From positions 32,001 through 96,000 of the forward strand of contig JAWLBL010000019.1 in NCBI GenBank assembly GCA_041687695.1: a DNA stretch of 64,000 nt, in the 5' to 3' direction. Shown here piece by piece: positions 27,301-38,600 of the stretch. This stretch comes from Myxococcota bacterium (GTDB taxonomy: Bacteria; Myxococcota_A; UBA9042; PHBI01; JAWLBL01). Made by a program: the position numbers and the translations under genes. Under the pieces are notes generated by a model. It did not search any database. It was not told the DNA's origin and was given only the letters and a program-made list of their open reading frames with translations. Every line of letters starts with the position of its first letter. Positions within the stretch are counted from its first letter, which is position 1.

Positions 27301-27693
27301 CTGGTCTACGGCAACGTGATCGTGCGTGGCCGCGGCGGCGACGGCGGCGACGGCGGGGCGGGCGGCCTCGGCGGCTTCGGCGGCGCCGGCGGCGAAGGCG
27401 GCAGCAACAGCCAGGGCCCCGGCTCGCCGTGGGTCAGCATCTGCGGCAACTTCGGCGGCTGGGGCGGCAACGGCGGCAACGGCGGGCACGGCGCCGGCGG
27501 CGCGGGCGGCTGCGGCGGCGTCAGCTACGGCTTCTTCGTCGCCAACGCCGGGGCCAACCCGAACGTCGCGACCCTGCTGGACAACGAGTATCCGACCAGC
27601 GGCAAGGCGGGCTCGGGAGGCGTCGGCGGCTCCAGCTACGGCGCGCCGGGTCCGGTGGGTGCCACGGGCGCGCACGCGACCAAGAACTTCTGA
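24385..27693 (+). CDS. Large Cys-rich surface lipoprotein (MopE-like ExCDGxDNDCDG repeats, Gly-rich C-terminus)
   Basis: Lipobox [28 protein letters not shown] and DVCDGLDNDCDG; GTVDMPMRTIQAAL (DUF1565-like); PGRS-like GGxGG tail. Confidence 0.85.
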   Translation: MRGTMARWAWALAAAGLIFAGCSDDATSGGGGKVDFDAGPDGGGLPTKDAALDSGSDAPGGGDAATTDPELPEWFGQPCDENADCEGGWCVQGQSGYVCTKTCTESCPDGYLCKGVTSLGPDVVFVCLPDVQRLCESCVDDQQCPLGGTCRAFSDGQYCVSVCDGGAECPVGYSCQDVGPEPGGEGARMRCVPDSGSCSCGAGEAGKVRSCQVTNAAGTCLGLQTCGGAEGWTACSAQTPQAEACDGVDNDCDGIIDNGLPTGLACENVVSGVGTCAGTQVCAGEDGWVCNAPQPSQEVCDYKDNDCDGQTDEGFTDASGNYTSDAHCGACNVSCAGAVANGSALCSTAKSPPQCVVAACDPGFLKLNDYQCVAGVSTVCQACSSDANCLFEGSKCLALADGKFCTQPCGSVDDCPGGYDCEAVAGAASKQCVPSTGSCSCDGTNLTLQRGCSKTFQGSATKPAYTCAGVEKCTPGGWASCELPADVCDGLDNDCDGVIDNGYLNPVTGKYTSDAHCGVCGNDCGNLAFANAVGQCDTAPAVPGCVMACKAGFFDVNDNPNDGCECQVTSATDFPGGADTNCDGVDGEVDNGVFVSKAGDDGAPGTVDMPMRTIQAALGRAAATGKRDVYVATGVYVESVSLQEGIGLYGGYSAEFDQRDAAVYETAIIGLTPTDALRGAVNGVSVGTGAKKTVLDGFTVFGANNPEPGGSSYAVYLRNVGPNLVVADNYVVAGDGGHGANGDVGSNGANGQPGAPGVAAQNTSGTSCTTSHHAAGGAGGAQTCGGVSTAGGVGGTRVCPNVAGIAEADFSAATQTPTATEHGKAGSNNDASQGAGGEAGWHNRVRNSCATCSSPSKHTTDGAHGTAGRPGQDGVGATACTNTQGYILNGHWNSYAGGDGKAGTAGGGGGGGGAGGGVDLPSGCTSNNKAVGGSGGGGGSGACGASGGKGGTGGGGSFGVFMTFATPPATLPLVYGNVIVRGRGGDGGDGGAGGLGGFGGAGGEGGSNSQGPGSPWVSICGNFGGWGGNGGNGGHGAGGAGGCGGVSYGFFVANAGANPNVATLLDNEYPTSGKAGSGGVGGSSYGAPGPVGATGAHATKNF

Positions 27694-27751
27694 GCGCGGC
27701 GGCGGGGCGGGCGGCCCGGGGGAGCCCGGCGCCCGCCCGGCGCGCGACAGG

Positions 27752-28732
27752 TCAGAAGCGGACCTCGGTGCGGGCGACGACGGCGGTGTGGGCCGCGGCC
27801 GCGGGGGGACCGTCGAGCGGCACGAAGAGCACCGGGAGGGCGTCGAGGCGGACGCCGAAGTGCGGCGAGATGAAGTAGCGCGCGCCGACGCAGGCGGTCA
27901 GCGCGAAGGACGGCGCCTCGACCAGCGAGCGCAGGCCGAAGCTGCCACCGCCAGCGCCGAGGCCGGCGACCACTTCGAACCCGTCGCCGACGGGGTGCGC
28001 GTAGGTGGCACCCAGGGTCGCCGCCACCGTGGTGAGGCCGCGGCTGTAGTTGGGCTCGGCCCGCAGGCCGTCGTCGAGGGAGTGCAGGCCGAGGATCGCC
28101 TGCAGGTGCAGCTCCCAGCGCTCGGTGGGCGCGTAGCCCAGCGAGATGAGCGCCGTGGCGCCCGTGTCGATGCGGTCGGCCGAGGCGCCCCCGACGAGCG
28201 CGACGCCGCCCCCCAGGCCGAGGCGCCAGCGGCGCGTGGTGTCGTCGGGCGTGAGGGCCATCAGGTCGGGCGGCGCGTAGAGCAGCGGCGGGGGCAGGAG
28301 GTCGGCCGGGCTGGGGGGCGACGGCAGCGGAGGCGGGCCGGGCTCGAGGGCGGGCGGGAGGCGCTTGGCGAGCCGGGCGGCCTCGGCGGCGTCGACGGCG
28401 GCGATGATCCGGGGGTCGGCGCCGGGGCTGGGGCGCCAGCCGGGCCAGGCGGCCAGGAGGGCGGCGAACGCGTCGCGGGCGTCGGCTGGGCGGTCGAGCA
28501 GGGCCAGGGCCTCGGCCCGCAGGAGCAGCGCCTCGCGGCGGAGGTCGCCCTCGGCGTCACCCAGGGCGGCGAGGGCCGCGTCGGCCTGCTCGAGGGTGCA
28601 GGCCGGCTGCGCCCGGCGGCGGCAGGCGGCGGCGCGATCGAGGAGATCGGCGGGATCGGCGGCGAAGGCCGGGGCGGGCAGGGCGAGGCCGGCGAGGCCG
28701 GCGAGGGCGGCGAGCCGACGGGAGCGGGTCAT
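27752..28732 (-). CDS. Exported protein with TPR-like N-terminus and outer-membrane beta-barrel-like C-terminus
   Basis: Signal ending AFA; helical N-part; alternating beta-strands ending TEVRF (terminal Phe); ATGA overlap with the upstream gene. Confidence 0.7.
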   Translation of the reverse strand: MTRSRRLAALAGLAGLALPAPAFAADPADLLDRAAACRRRAQPACTLEQADAALAALGDAEGDLRREALLLRAEALALLDRPADARDAFAALLAAWPGWRPSPGADPRIIAAVDAAEAARLAKRLPPALEPGPPPLPSPPSPADLLPPPLLYAPPDLMALTPDDTTRRWRLGLGGGVALVGGASADRIDTGATALISLGYAPTERWELHLQAILGLHSLDDGLRAEPNYSRGLTTVAATLGATYAHPVGDGFEVVAGLGAGGGSFGLRSLVEAPSFALTACVGARYFISPHFGVRLDALPVLFVPLDGPPAAAAHTAVVARTEVRF

Positions 28733-29154
28733 GGCGCCTCGACCTCGCCGACGAGGGTGAAGCGGCGCGCGTCGGCGCGGCTGTCGACCACGACGCCCAG
28801 GACCAGGGGCTCGCTGCGAGTCCCCGCGCCAGCGCGGGCGGCGAGGCACAGGACGCGCTGGGGGTCGTCTGGCGGCGGCGCGTCGGGATCGCAGGGGCCG
28901 AAGGCGAAGTTGACGATCTGCACCGAGGGCGTGCCGCTGACGGGCGGGCCAACGACGAAGAAGGGGCCCAGAGCGTCGGCGGGGGGCGCGAGGCGCACCT
29001 GGATGCGGCCGATGGCGCCGGGGAAGAGGGCGACCTGCTCGATGATGAGGTCGCCGGCCTCGCGGGTGGGCAGGGGCAGCTCGGCGTAGCCGTCGCAGGC
29101 GGCCGAGGTCAGGGCGGCGAGGGCCACCAGGGCGTGGCGGAGGCGGCCGGTCAT
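28729..29154 (-). CDS. Small lipoprotein, hypothetical
   Basis: [20 protein letters not shown] lipobox; ATGA overlaps on both sides; 141 aa. Confidence 0.65.
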   Translation of the reverse strand: MTGRLRHALVALAALTSAACDGYAELPLPTREAGDLIIEQVALFPGAIGRIQVRLAPPADALGPFFVVGPPVSGTPSVQIVNFAFGPCDPDAPPPDDPQRVLCLAARAGAGTRSEPLVLGVVVDSRADARRFTLVGEVEAP

Positions 29155-30857
29155 GGGGCGCACCATTCGGCGGTGGCCTGGGCGCCTGCGGCGTGGGCCA
29201 GGCACGCGCTGTCGAAGGTCGGGGCGGCGTCGATGGCGCAGGCGGCGGTGGTCACGGCGTCCTCGCGGCACAGGTCCGTGGGCGGCGGGGCGCAAGCGGC
29301 GTCGGGATCGGGGCAGCCGGCGGTGTCGACCGGGCGGACGGCGTCGCCATCGCACGCGGGGGCCTCGCCCTCGCAGCAGGCGCCGAGGTGCGCCACCGGG
29401 ACGGCGGCGCAGGCGGCAAAGCAGGCGTTGGGCCAGGTGGCGCCGTCGGCGCCGCAGACCGGGTCGTGCAGCAGGCTGCAACCGCACGTCGCCGGAGCGT
29501 CGAGGACGCAGCGGCCGCCCAGGCGCGTGTCAGCGGCCCGGCAGAGGGTGCCGTCCGGGCAGTCGGCGGCGCCCTCGCAGGCGGTGGCGCAGGGGCCCCA
29601 CAGGCCGTCGGTGGCGCCGAGCTGGACGGCCAGGCAGGGCGCGCCGACGGTCACGGGCTGCGTGAAGGCGGGCAGCGAGACGCAGACCGGCGCCCCCTGG
29701 GGCGCGCAGCTGGAGGCGGGCGGCGGGGCGCAGGCGCACTTGAGGCAGGGGCCGGGCGCGGCCTCGGGGTCGTCGGGCAGGGGCTGCAGGACCAGGCCCC
29801 AGGCGCAGTCGAGGGTGCAGCCGTCGGGCGCGGCGCGGCAGGTGTCGGCGCACGAGCCGGGGTAGAGGAGGCGGGCGCCGGCGCAGCGCGCCACGCAGCG
29901 ATTGCGGTAGGTGACGCCGTCGCTGCCGCAGACGGGGGCGAGATCGAGCGGGCAGGCGGCGCAGTCGGCTGGGGTCGCGGGCGAGGCCGGGGCGCAGTCG
30001 CAACCGGGGCAGCCGGTCTGGGGGCTGAGGGCGCGGAGGCCGAAGCAGGGGGCCTCGCAGCTGCTCAGGTTGGGGCAGGCGTCCTCGCAGGGCGCCTGCG
30101 CGGCGACGGGGACGTTCGCGCAGGCGGCGGCGCAGGCGCTGGGCCACGTCTGGCCGTCGGCGCCGCAGACCGGCGAGGCGTCGTCGCCGGAGCAGTCGCA
30201 TCCCGGCAGGACGCAGGCGCCCCAGGGGCCCGCGCGGCGGCCGGGTTCGCAGAGCGTGGCGGCCTCGCAGGTGCAGGTCGGGCAGCCGTCCTCGTCGCGC
30301 GCCAGTTCGCCGTCGCAGCGGGCGGCCGGGCAGCCGCGATCGGCCAGGGTGGGGCAGGGCGGCGGGGCGTCCTCGCATCCGGCGACGCAGCGGACGGCGA
30401 CCGAGTAGCCGGCGGCGCCCTCGCCGGGGCGGCGACCGACGACGACCAGGTGCTCGGCGCCGGCGTCGGTGGGGGTGCGCAGGTCGACCGTGACCTCGGC
30501 GCCTTCGCCCGAGCCGAGTTCGAACGCCGAACAGGCTGGGTAACCGCCCTGGAGATCACGCGGGCCGTAGGCCATGGCCAGCGCCTGGGTGCCAGGGATC
30601 TGGACCGAGGCGCGCACCGTCGCGCCGGCGGGGACCCAGACGGCGTGCGCGGCCAGCTGCCCCGCGGCGAGCTGCCCGTTGGCGCGCTCGAGGCCGCCGA
30701 AGGCCGACAGGCTGGGGCCGAACGCCAGCGCGGCGGCGCCGCCCGGGGCCAGGATCGGGCAGGCCAGCCCGGCCTCCTCGCGCGCCTGGCAGGCGGCCAT
30801 GGCGAGGGCGGCGGCGATGGTGACCAGGCGCCACAGGCCCGGCGTGCGCCCGCGCAT
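29151..30857 (-). CDS. Lipoprotein with Kazal-type and antistasin-like Cys-rich domains
   Basis: Lipobox [40 protein letters not shown] and [35 protein letters not shown]. Confidence 0.8.
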   Translation of the reverse strand: MRGRTPGLWRLVTIAAALAMAACQAREEAGLACPILAPGGAAALAFGPSLSAFGGLERANGQLAAGQLAAHAVWVPAGATVRASVQIPGTQALAMAYGPRDLQGGYPACSAFELGSGEGAEVTVDLRTPTDAGAEHLVVVGRRPGEGAAGYSVAVRCVAGCEDAPPPCPTLADRGCPAARCDGELARDEDGCPTCTCEAATLCEPGRRAGPWGACVLPGCDCSGDDASPVCGADGQTWPSACAAACANVPVAAQAPCEDACPNLSSCEAPCFGLRALSPQTGCPGCDCAPASPATPADCAACPLDLAPVCGSDGVTYRNRCVARCAGARLLYPGSCADTCRAAPDGCTLDCAWGLVLQPLPDDPEAAPGPCLKCACAPPPASSCAPQGAPVCVSLPAFTQPVTVGAPCLAVQLGATDGLWGPCATACEGAADCPDGTLCRAADTRLGGRCVLDAPATCGCSLLHDPVCGADGATWPNACFAACAAVPVAHLGACCEGEAPACDGDAVRPVDTAGCPDPDAACAPPPTDLCREDAVTTAACAIDAAPTFDSACLAHAAGAQATAEWCAP

Positions 30858-31150
30858 CAGCCTCCGAACTCGTTCTGGAGGCGCCGGGTCAGCCCTTCCT
30901 CGATCTTGCCCTTGAAGGCGCGCGCCAGCAGGCCCAGATCGATGGCGACGACCACGTCGCTGTCGGTCACGGTGAACTCGCCCTTGAAGCCCGGCCCCTT
31001 GGCGTTCGCGCGCGTGCCGTCGGCGCTCCAGTCGATCTCCTTGAAGATCTCGGGGCGCTTGGCGGCGAAGTCGTCGAGCAGCGCCTTGGTGCGGGCCGAC
31101 GCGTCCTGGCGGTTGGTGCCGTGCGGGTGTCGGATGTCGATGCTGGCCAT
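30857..31150 (-). CDS. Polyhydroxyalkanoate-system (PHA_gran_rgn-like) small protein
   Basis: [11 protein letters not shown]...W...[38 protein letters not shown]; 97 aa. Confidence 0.75.
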   Translation of the reverse strand: MASIDIRHPHGTNRQDASARTKALLDDFAAKRPEIFKEIDWSADGTRANAKGPGFKGEFTVTDSDVVVAIDLGLLARAFKGKIEEGLTRRLQNEFGG

Positions 31151-31311
31151 GAGCAGCCCTCCGAAGCCGAAGGCGGGCGTCGCGCCCGAGGGAAGGGGTG
31201 GGGACGTGGCGGACGACATAGCAGCCCGCCGCGCCAGTTGTAAACCGGTGCTTGTCAGCGGCCCGGAGGGCTGCGAGGCTCGGACGCCCCCGACCCCCTC
31301 CCGGAGGCCCG

Positions 31312-33006
31312 ATGCTTCGCCTCACCGTGCTCTGGACCGTCTTGACGCTCGGCGTCGCGGCGCCCGCGTCGTGGGCGCGCGCCGAGGCGCCGCCCGCGCC
31401 GGCTCGCGGCCTCACGGCCATGGTCGCCAGCGCCCATCCCCTCGCCACGGCGGCCGGCCAACGGATGCTGGCGCGCGGCGGCAACGTGGTCGACGCGGCG
31501 GTGGCGGTCAGCCTGGCGCTGTCGGTGGTCGAGCCCTGGTCGTCGGGCGTCGGCGGCGGCGCCTTCATGGTCCTGCACCTCGATGGCGCGACGACGACCT
31601 GGGACATGCGCGAGACGGCGCCGGCCGCCGCCACCCGGGACATGTTCGTGCGCGACGGCCAGGTCGTCGCCGGCGAGAGCACGACCAGCCCGCGGGCGGC
31701 GGCGATCCCCGGGCTGGTCCGCGGCCTCGCCGCCGTGCACGCCCGTCATGGCAAGCTGCCCTTCGCCGACACGGTCGCCCCGGCCATCGCCTACGCCCGC
31801 GACGGCATCCCCGTGACGCGCAAGATGCACGCGGCGATCACGGCGTCGCGGGACGACCTGAACCCGGCGGCGAGGGCCATCTTCCTGACCCCGGCCGGGG
31901 CGCCGCGGCCCGTCGGCAGCCGGCTCGTGCAGGCCGATCTGGCGCGCACGCTCGAGGCCATCGCGCGGACGGGGGGCGAGGCGTTCTACACGGGCGAGGT
32001 CGCCGCCGAGCTGGTCCGCGCCGTCCGCGCCGAGGGCGGCCTCTGGACGACGGACGACCTGGCCGGCTATCGCGCGGTCGAGCGGGAGCCGGTGCGGGGC
32101 CGCTACCGAGGCCGGGAGATCGTCAGCATGGGGCCGCCCAGCTCGGGGGGGCTGCTGCTCGTACAGATGCTGGGCGTCCTCGAGCGCTTCGACATGGGGG
32201 CCTGGAGCCTGAACGCGCCGCGGCGCCTGCACGTCCTGGCCGAGGCCATGAAGCGCGCCTACGTCATGCGCGCTGGCGAGCTGGGTGACCCCGACCACGC
32301 GCAGGTCGACCGCGCCAGCTTCATCGGGCCCGAGGTCCTCGAGCGCCTGGCGAACGAGGTCCGGGCCGCGGACCGGGCCACGCCCGCCGAGGCGCTGTCC
32401 ACCTTGCAGGTCCACCCGGATCAGAAGACCCACACCAGCCACTTCGGCGTGCTCACGGCCGCCGGGGACGCCGTGGCGATGACGCAGACCATCAACCTGA
32501 CCTTCGGCTCGGGGCGCGTCGCCGGCGCCACCGGGGTCATGCTCAACAACGAGATGGACGACTTCTCGGCGCTGCCGGGCGCGCCGAACGCCTTCGGTCT
32601 GGTCGGGACCGAGGCCAACAGCGTGGCCCCGGGCAAGCGTCCGCTGTCCAGCATGACGCCCACGCTGGTGCTCGACGGCGCCCGCGCGGTCGGCGCCTTC
32701 GGCACGCCCGGCGGCTCTCGCATCATCACGACGACCCTGCAGACGCTGCTCAACGTGCTCGATCACGGCCTCGACGCGGCCGCCGCGCTCGCCGCCCCCC
32801 GCGTCCACCACCAGTGGTACCCCGACGAGATCCGCTACGAGCCCGGCGGCCTCGACGGCCCGACGCGCGCCGCCCTCGAGGCGCTCGGGCACACGCCCCG
32901 CGAGCGCGCGCCGATGGGCAACGCGATGGTGCTGTGGCGCGCCGCCGACGGCGTCCTGACCGGGGCGGCGGACCCGCGCGGCGAGGGCGCGGCGGGCGGC
33001 CTGTGA
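31312..33006 (+). CDS. ggt: Gamma-glutamyltransferase
   Basis: [31 protein letters not shown], autocatalytic [23 protein letters not shown] and GTPGGSRI motifs. Confidence 0.95.
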   Translation: MLRLTVLWTVLTLGVAAPASWARAEAPPAPARGLTAMVASAHPLATAAGQRMLARGGNVVDAAVAVSLALSVVEPWSSGVGGGAFMVLHLDGATTTWDMRETAPAAATRDMFVRDGQVVAGESTTSPRAAAIPGLVRGLAAVHARHGKLPFADTVAPAIAYARDGIPVTRKMHAAITASRDDLNPAARAIFLTPAGAPRPVGSRLVQADLARTLEAIARTGGEAFYTGEVAAELVRAVRAEGGLWTTDDLAGYRAVEREPVRGRYRGREIVSMGPPSSGGLLLVQMLGVLERFDMGAWSLNAPRRLHVLAEAMKRAYVMRAGELGDPDHAQVDRASFIGPEVLERLANEVRAADRATPAEALSTLQVHPDQKTHTSHFGVLTAAGDAVAMTQTINLTFGSGRVAGATGVMLNNEMDDFSALPGAPNAFGLVGTEANSVAPGKRPLSSMTPTLVLDGARAVGAFGTPGGSRIITTTLQTLLNVLDHGLDAAAALAAPRVHHQWYPDEIRYEPGGLDGPTRAALEALGHTPRERAPMGNAMVLWRAADGVLTGAADPRGEGAAGGL

Positions 33007-33081
33007 GCCGCGCCCGAACCGCTTGACGCCCCATCCCGCAGTGCAGACTCTACGACCGCTCAACGCCCATGGGAGCCCAGG

Positions 33082-34014
33082 ATGCCCGCCAAGGACTACT
33101 ACGCCATCCTCGGCCTGACCCGCGAGGCCAGCGCCGACGACATCAAGAAGGCGTACCGCAAGCTCGCGCTCAAGTACCACCCGGACCGCAACGCCGACGA
33201 CAAGGAGGCCGAGGACCGCTTCAAGGAGGTCAACGAGGCCTACGCGGTGCTGTCGGACGCCGACAAGCGCAAGCAGTACGACATGTTCGGCGCCGAGGGC
33301 TTCGGCCAGCGGTACAGCCAGGAGGAGATCTTCCGGAACTTCGACTTCGGGCGGATCTTCGAGGAGTTCGGGATGGGCGGCGGGGGCGGCCGCTTCTTCG
33401 ATCTCGGCAGCCTCTTCGGGCGCGGGGCCCAGGGCGGCGGGCGCCAGGGGGGCTTCAACCCGTTCGGCGGGCCGCAGACGCGCCCACCGACACCGGGTCA
33501 CGACCTCGAGAGCGAGCTCGAGATCGGCTTCCACGAGGCCTTCCACGGCGGCGAGCGGACCTTCCATCTGGCGGGCCCCGACGGGCCCGAGGAGCTGAGC
33601 GTCAAGATCCCCAAGGGCGTCCGCACCGGGCAGAAGCTGCGCGTGCGCGGCAAGGGGCAGCCGGGCGGCTTCGGCGGGCCGCGCGGCGACCTGATGCTGC
33701 GCGTGAAGGTGGCGCCGCACCCGACCTTCCGGCTGCTCGAAGGCGACGACGTCGAGATGGACCTGCCCGTCGCGCTGACCACGGCCGTGCTGGGTGGCTC
33801 GGTCGAGGTGGCGACGCCCAGCGGCGCGCAGCACTCGGTCCGGGTGCCACCCGGGACGGGCAGCGGCAAGCGGATTCGCCTGCGGGGCGAGGGCTTCCCC
33901 AAGCGCCACGGCGGCGCGGGCGACCTGTACGCGCGCGTCCTGGTCGAGGTCCCGGCCGAGCTGACCGACGATCAGCGGGCCCACTTCGAAGCGCTCCGCG
34001 ACACGGGCCTCTGA
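33082..34014 (+). CDS. Class II J-domain co-chaperone (CbpA/DnaJ-like, no zinc finger)
   Basis: KDYYAILG...KYHPDRN J-domain, G/F region and DnaJ C-terminal domain; lacks CxxCxGxG repeats. Confidence 0.92.
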   Translation: MPAKDYYAILGLTREASADDIKKAYRKLALKYHPDRNADDKEAEDRFKEVNEAYAVLSDADKRKQYDMFGAEGFGQRYSQEEIFRNFDFGRIFEEFGMGGGGGRFFDLGSLFGRGAQGGGRQGGFNPFGGPQTRPPTPGHDLESELEIGFHEAFHGGERTFHLAGPDGPEELSVKIPKGVRTGQKLRVRGKGQPGGFGGPRGDLMLRVKVAPHPTFRLLEGDDVEMDLPVALTTAVLGGSVEVATPSGAQHSVRVPPGTGSGKRIRLRGEGFPKRHGGAGDLYARVLVEVPAELTDDQRAHFEALRDTGL

Positions 34015-34148
34015 CCCGGGCGCGGCACCCCCGGCGCTGACCGGGGCGGTTGCGCCGGCGTGCGCCCGGCGGGTAGATCAGGGGCCGCTCTGCGCGCCGA
34101 TCGAGCGCGCGGCGGCGTCCCGACTCGCAGCCCGTGGGAAGCCCGTCG

Positions 34149-35357
34149 ATGCCTCAGTGGGTCATCCTCCTCCTCGTCTTTCCGGCCGTTTGCGCGCTCA
34201 TCGGTTGGATCACCAACGTCCTGGCCGTGAAGATGATCTTCCGGCCGCACGATCGGGTGCGCGTGCTGGGGGTGGCCTTCCAGGGCGTGCTGCCCAAGCA
34301 CCAGCGGCACTTCGCGGCCGAGCTGGCCAAGGTCATCCACCGCGACTTCATCCAGACCGACGATCTGGTGCGCGTCCTCGAGGATCCCAAGGTCCAGGAC
34401 GAGGTCGAGGTGCTCGCGCGCGAGCTGTGGACGCGCGTCGTCGAGGACCTCAAGGAGGCGCTCGAGCCGTCACGCCGGACGCTGCTGTCGCCGCCCTTCG
34501 TCGAGGCGTTGCTCGGCCAGATTACGCGCGAGGTGCGGCAGCTGACGCCGCGCCTGGTCGAAGAGCTGCGCGCCCGGTCGGCCGAGGCCTTCGATCTGCA
34601 GGCCTACGTCACGCAGAAGGTGGTCGACCTGGGGCCGCGTGGCCTCGAGCAGGTCATCTACGAGGTCTCGCGCCGCGAGCTGGTCTTCATCGAGTACTAC
34701 GGCGGCATCTTCGGCGCCCTGCTCGGCCTCGTGCAGTGGGGCGTCCTGCAGGTCATCGGCGACTCGGCGCTGCCCATCGTCGGCGCGGCGGTCGGCACCG
34801 TCACCAACTGGCTGGCCATCCAGATGCTGTTCTACCCGCGCGAGGCGACGCGCTACCTCGGGCTCGTCGAGTACCAGGGCATGTTCCCCAAGCGCCAACA
34901 GGAGATCGCCGGCAACCTCGGCACCGTCGCCGCCCGCGACCTCATCCGCCCGGCGGAGATCTTCGACACCCTCTTCGATCGCGTGGTCCCCAACGCCGTC
35001 GCGCCCGAGCACCTCGCGCTCGCCGAGGCCACGGTCCGCGACAGGTGGCCCCCCGTGGCCCAGATGCTCGATCGCATGCTCACCGAGGACGAACGCGACG
35101 CCCTGCGCCAGCGCGCCCTCGAGCGCCTGCCGGCCTATCTGCCCGAGGCGCGCGCCGCCTTCGTCGACCTCGCGGCCCGCAACATCGAGGTCGAGGCCAT
35201 GATCTCCGACAAGGTGCGCGGGCTCGACAAGTCGGCCTTCGAGGGCCTCCTGCGCGGCCTGTTCGAGCGCGAAGAGGTCTACCTCATCATCTACGGCGGC
35301 CTGCTCGGCGGCCTCATCGGCTTTCTGCAGCTGCTGATCGTCGACCTCGTGGCGTGA
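34149..35357 (+). CDS. DUF445 family membrane protein (internally duplicated)
   Basis: GWITNVLAVKMIFRP and GTVTNWLAIQMLFYP; IEYYGGIFGALLG and LIIYGGLLGGLIG. Confidence 0.85.
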   Translation: MPQWVILLLVFPAVCALIGWITNVLAVKMIFRPHDRVRVLGVAFQGVLPKHQRHFAAELAKVIHRDFIQTDDLVRVLEDPKVQDEVEVLARELWTRVVEDLKEALEPSRRTLLSPPFVEALLGQITREVRQLTPRLVEELRARSAEAFDLQAYVTQKVVDLGPRGLEQVIYEVSRRELVFIEYYGGIFGALLGLVQWGVLQVIGDSALPIVGAAVGTVTNWLAIQMLFYPREATRYLGLVEYQGMFPKRQQEIAGNLGTVAARDLIRPAEIFDTLFDRVVPNAVAPEHLALAEATVRDRWPPVAQMLDRMLTEDERDALRQRALERLPAYLPEARAAFVDLAARNIEVEAMISDKVRGLDKSAFEGLLRGLFEREEVYLIIYGGLLGGLIGFLQLLIVDLVA

Positions 35358-35380
35358 GCGCGGCGCGCGAACAATCGTCC

Positions 35381-35408
35381 TTGACACCCCAACGGGCATG
35401 ACTACTAT
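35381..35408 (+). promoter_or_regulatory. Stable-RNA-type sigma70 promoter for tRNA-Phe (TTGACA-N16-TACTAT, GC-rich discriminator)
   Basis: Near-consensus hexamers followed by CGCGCGC, 48 nt upstream of the tRNA. Confidence 0.8.
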
Positions 35409-35456
35409 CGCGCGCACGCCAGCACGGCTCCGGGCCTCACGGCACGCGACGCGCAC

Positions 35457-35532
35457 GGCCAGATAGCTCAGCAGGTAGAGCAGGGGACTGAAAATCCCCG
35501 TGTCGGCGGTTCGATTCCGTCTCTGGCCACCA
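35457..35532 (+). tRNA. tRNA-Phe (GAA)
   Basis: 76 nt; acceptor stem GGCCAGA/TCTGGCC, anticodon arm GGGGA-CTGAAAA-TCCCC, T-arm GGTTCGATTCC, encoded CCA. Confidence 0.97.
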
Positions 35533-35568
35533 AGGCCCCGACCCCACGGTCGGGGCCTTTCGCGTTTC
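35532..35568 (+). terminator. Rho-independent terminator downstream of tRNA-Phe
   Basis: AAGGCCCCGACC-CCAC-GGTCGGGGCCTT hairpin followed by a short T-containing tail. Confidence 0.75.
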
Positions 35569-35660
35569 TGGGGCAGCATGACGCCGCCGCGTCGCCGGTG
35601 GACCCCAGTCGTGGAGCCCACCGGCCGCGGCGGTCATGTCGGTTGGCCAGCGGCCACCGG

Positions 35661-38600
35661 CTACAGCCGCGCGAGCATCGCCTTGGCCTCGGCGTGGTCC
35701 GGGCTCTGCTTGAGCAGCCGGTTCAGGTACTGCTTGGCCTTGGTGACCTCGCCCAGCTCGCGCGAGGCCATCGCCAGGTTGAAGAGCACCTGGCTGCGCG
35801 CCGCCTCGCCCTCGAGCTTCTGGCTCTGCATCAGCAGGTTCTGGTGCACGCGCAGCGCGCGCTCCCACTGCTTGTGCTCGACCAGCAGGCGCCCGTAGTC
35901 GACCAGGTTGGGCACGTACATGCCGTCGGCCTGCAGCGCCATCTTGTAGTAGTCGAGCGCCTTGGCCGTCTGCCCCAGCCGCTCGAGCAGCCGCCCGAGC
36001 TCGTGCGCTCGCCGCGGCAGCTCCTCGACGATCTTCTTGCCCTCGAGGTAGCTCACCAGCCACTCGAGGCGCGGCGCCACCTCGGCCCACATCTCGCGCT
36101 CGGTGTAGTAGCCGATGAGCGCCTCGGCGACCTCCGGGCTGTCGCGCCGCGCCGCGCCCGCCTTGTCGACCCAGGCCAGAAAGCCCGCGTCGTCCTGCAG
36201 GTGCTCGCGGCTCAGCCGCGCCAGCGCCAGCGCCCGCTCGCACTTGTCCAGCGGCGTCGCGGCGGCCTCGTACTCGGCGGCCAGCACGTCGCGGAGATCG
36301 CTCCAGCTGCCCGTGACCTCGAAGACCTGGCGCAGCAGCGGCTTGAGGTCGGGGTGCGCGGGGTTCACCTGCTGCGCCTCGAGCAGCACCCGCAGCGCGT
36401 CGTTCGGCCGCGTCAGCCGCTCGAGGTACAGCCGCCCCAGGCTCATCAGCGTCTCGAAGCGCTGCGTGCCCTTGGACTGCTTGAGCAGCCCCTCGAGCAG
36501 GGCGGCCGCCTCGAACCCGCGCCCTCGGCTCGCCTCGATGTGCGCCCGGACCGCCAGCGCCTTGGGGTGCTTGGGGTCGGCCGCCTCGATCTCGGCCAGG
36601 AGCGTCTCGGCCCGATCGACGTCGCCCAGCCGCTGCGCGTGGATCTCGGCCGCCAGCACCTTCAACGTGCGCTTGTCGGCCACGGCGCCCGTGATGTCGG
36701 CCTTGCGCTCGTACAGCCGCGCCAGCGGCTCGTGGCGCTGGTGCCGGTGATAGATGCGCAGCAGCTCGTCCATGGCGCGCTCGTTCTTGGGATCGCGCTC
36801 GAGCGCCGCCTCGTACAGGCGGATCGCCTCGCCCACGTCCTCGAGCCGCGTCTCGGCCAGGCTCGCCGCCTCGACCAGCAGCCCGACCGCCTGGCGCTTG
36901 TCGCGCGACCGCTCGCCGCGCGACGCCAGCAGCGCGAACAGGCGCGGCCAGTCGTCGCGCTCGCGGTAGTGGGCCTCGAGCCGCTCGGCCGTGTCGGTCA
37001 GCGTCGGGTCCAGCGCCCAGGCCTCCTCGTAGGCCGACAGCGCGCCGTCGAGATCCTTGAGGTGCTGCTCGCGGATGCGCCCGAGGCTCAGCCGGATGCT
37101 CGCCACCCGCTTGGGATCGACGGCGCCCTCGGCCTGCGTCGCCAGCAGCTTCTCGAGCTCTGCGTACCGCCCCGCGGTCTCGTACAGCCCGACCAGCCGC
37201 ACGCCCAACAACTGGTCGTACGGATCGGCCTCGAGCCCGGCCTCGCAGGCCTGCGTCATCGCCGCCCGATCCTGCCGCGCCTCCGCCACGCGCAGCACGT
37301 CGTGCCAGAAGCGCTGGCGCTCGCCCGCGTCCAGCGCCAGCTCGTCGCAGCGCGCCGTCACCTCCATCAATTCGGGCAGCTGCCCCAGCTGCAGGTATAG
37401 CCGCCGCAAGCCCATCAGCGCCCCGCGGTGATGGTCCTCGAGGGCCAGCACCTCTTGCAGCGCGTCGACGGCGCGGTCCGGCTTGGACAGCTTGATCTCC
37501 TGGAGCTGCGCCAGGTGGAGCAGCAGGTCGCGGCGCGCCTCGAGGTCGTCGGACGCGGGGATGACCCGCTCGAGCAGGGCGCACATGCGCCCCCACAGGT
37601 TGTGCTTGTGCGCGATGCGGCCCAGGCGCCGCAGCACGTCCCCGGTCTGGGGCCGCGCCTCGAGCGCGTGTCCATAGGCCTCGAACGCCCGCAGCTCGTC
37701 GTCGAGCCGCTCGTCGAACAGATCGCCGACCTCGGCCCACGTCGCCGCCCGCGCCTCGGCGTCCCCCACGCCGCGCGCCCGCAGCTCCAGCACGTTCGCC
37801 AGCCCCGCGAAGTCGCCCGCCTCTCGCAGCACGGGCTCCAGCACCTCGGCCGCGGCGGCCGCCGCCTCCCCATCGCTCAGCAGCCCCACGAGCCAGGCCC
37901 GCGCCTCGGCGTGGGTCGGGTCCAGCGCCAGCACGTCCCGCAGCAGCGGCACCGCCGCCCGCGGGCCGTCCTGCTCGGCCACCACGCGCGCCATCTCGAG
38001 CAGCCGCGCCGGCCGCTCGGCCGCGGGCACCGACTCGAGCGTCGCCTGCGCCAGGGCGAACAGCTTGTCCCACTGCTTGAGCTGCCGATACAGCCCCTCC
38101 AGCGCCTCGCGCGCCTCGGCGTCGTCGGCGTCCAGCGCCAGGATCTGCTCGTAGGACCGCGCCGCGGCCGCTGCGTCGTCGAGCCCGCTCAGCTGAAGGG
38201 TCGCCAGCCACCGGGTCAGGGTGACGGTCACCCCGGCCGCCTGCTGCCGTCCGATGAGATCCTCGACGACGGCGACCAGCTCCTGCCATCGCCCGGTGCG
38301 CAGCGCCACGTCGGTCAACGTCTCGCGCAGGACCGCGGATCCGGGCTGGCTGCTCAGCTCGTCCGCGAGCACGTGCAGGGCCGCCTCCGGGTCACCCAGG
38401 CGCGCCTCGGCCAGCTCGGCCATCTCCATCGCCAGGAGCGCGCGCTCGTCCGGGCTCGCCGACGCTCGGCGCAGATCGAGCACCGCCACCAGCCCGTCCC
38501 AGCGCGCGAGCGCGCGATAACGCGGCTCGAGCCAGGCCGCCGCCGTCAGCCGCGTGCTGTCGTGGTCGCACAGCGCCTCCCACGCCTTGAGCAGCCCGTC

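Noticed and set aside
33020..33060. Heat-shock element (CIRCE or sigma32) upstream of the J-protein gene
   Set aside because: CTTGAC and CCCCAT are adjacent rather than correctly spaced, and there is no TTAGCACTC-N9-GAGTGCTAA.
34470..35621. Minus-strand ORF containing GQRRNRTADTGIFSPLLYLLSY
   Set aside because: Antisense translation of tRNA-Phe and the DUF445 gene.
35457..35660. tRNA-Phe as an integration site for a genomic island
   Set aside because: No integrase, no duplicated tRNA 3' end noticed and no obvious compositional shift.
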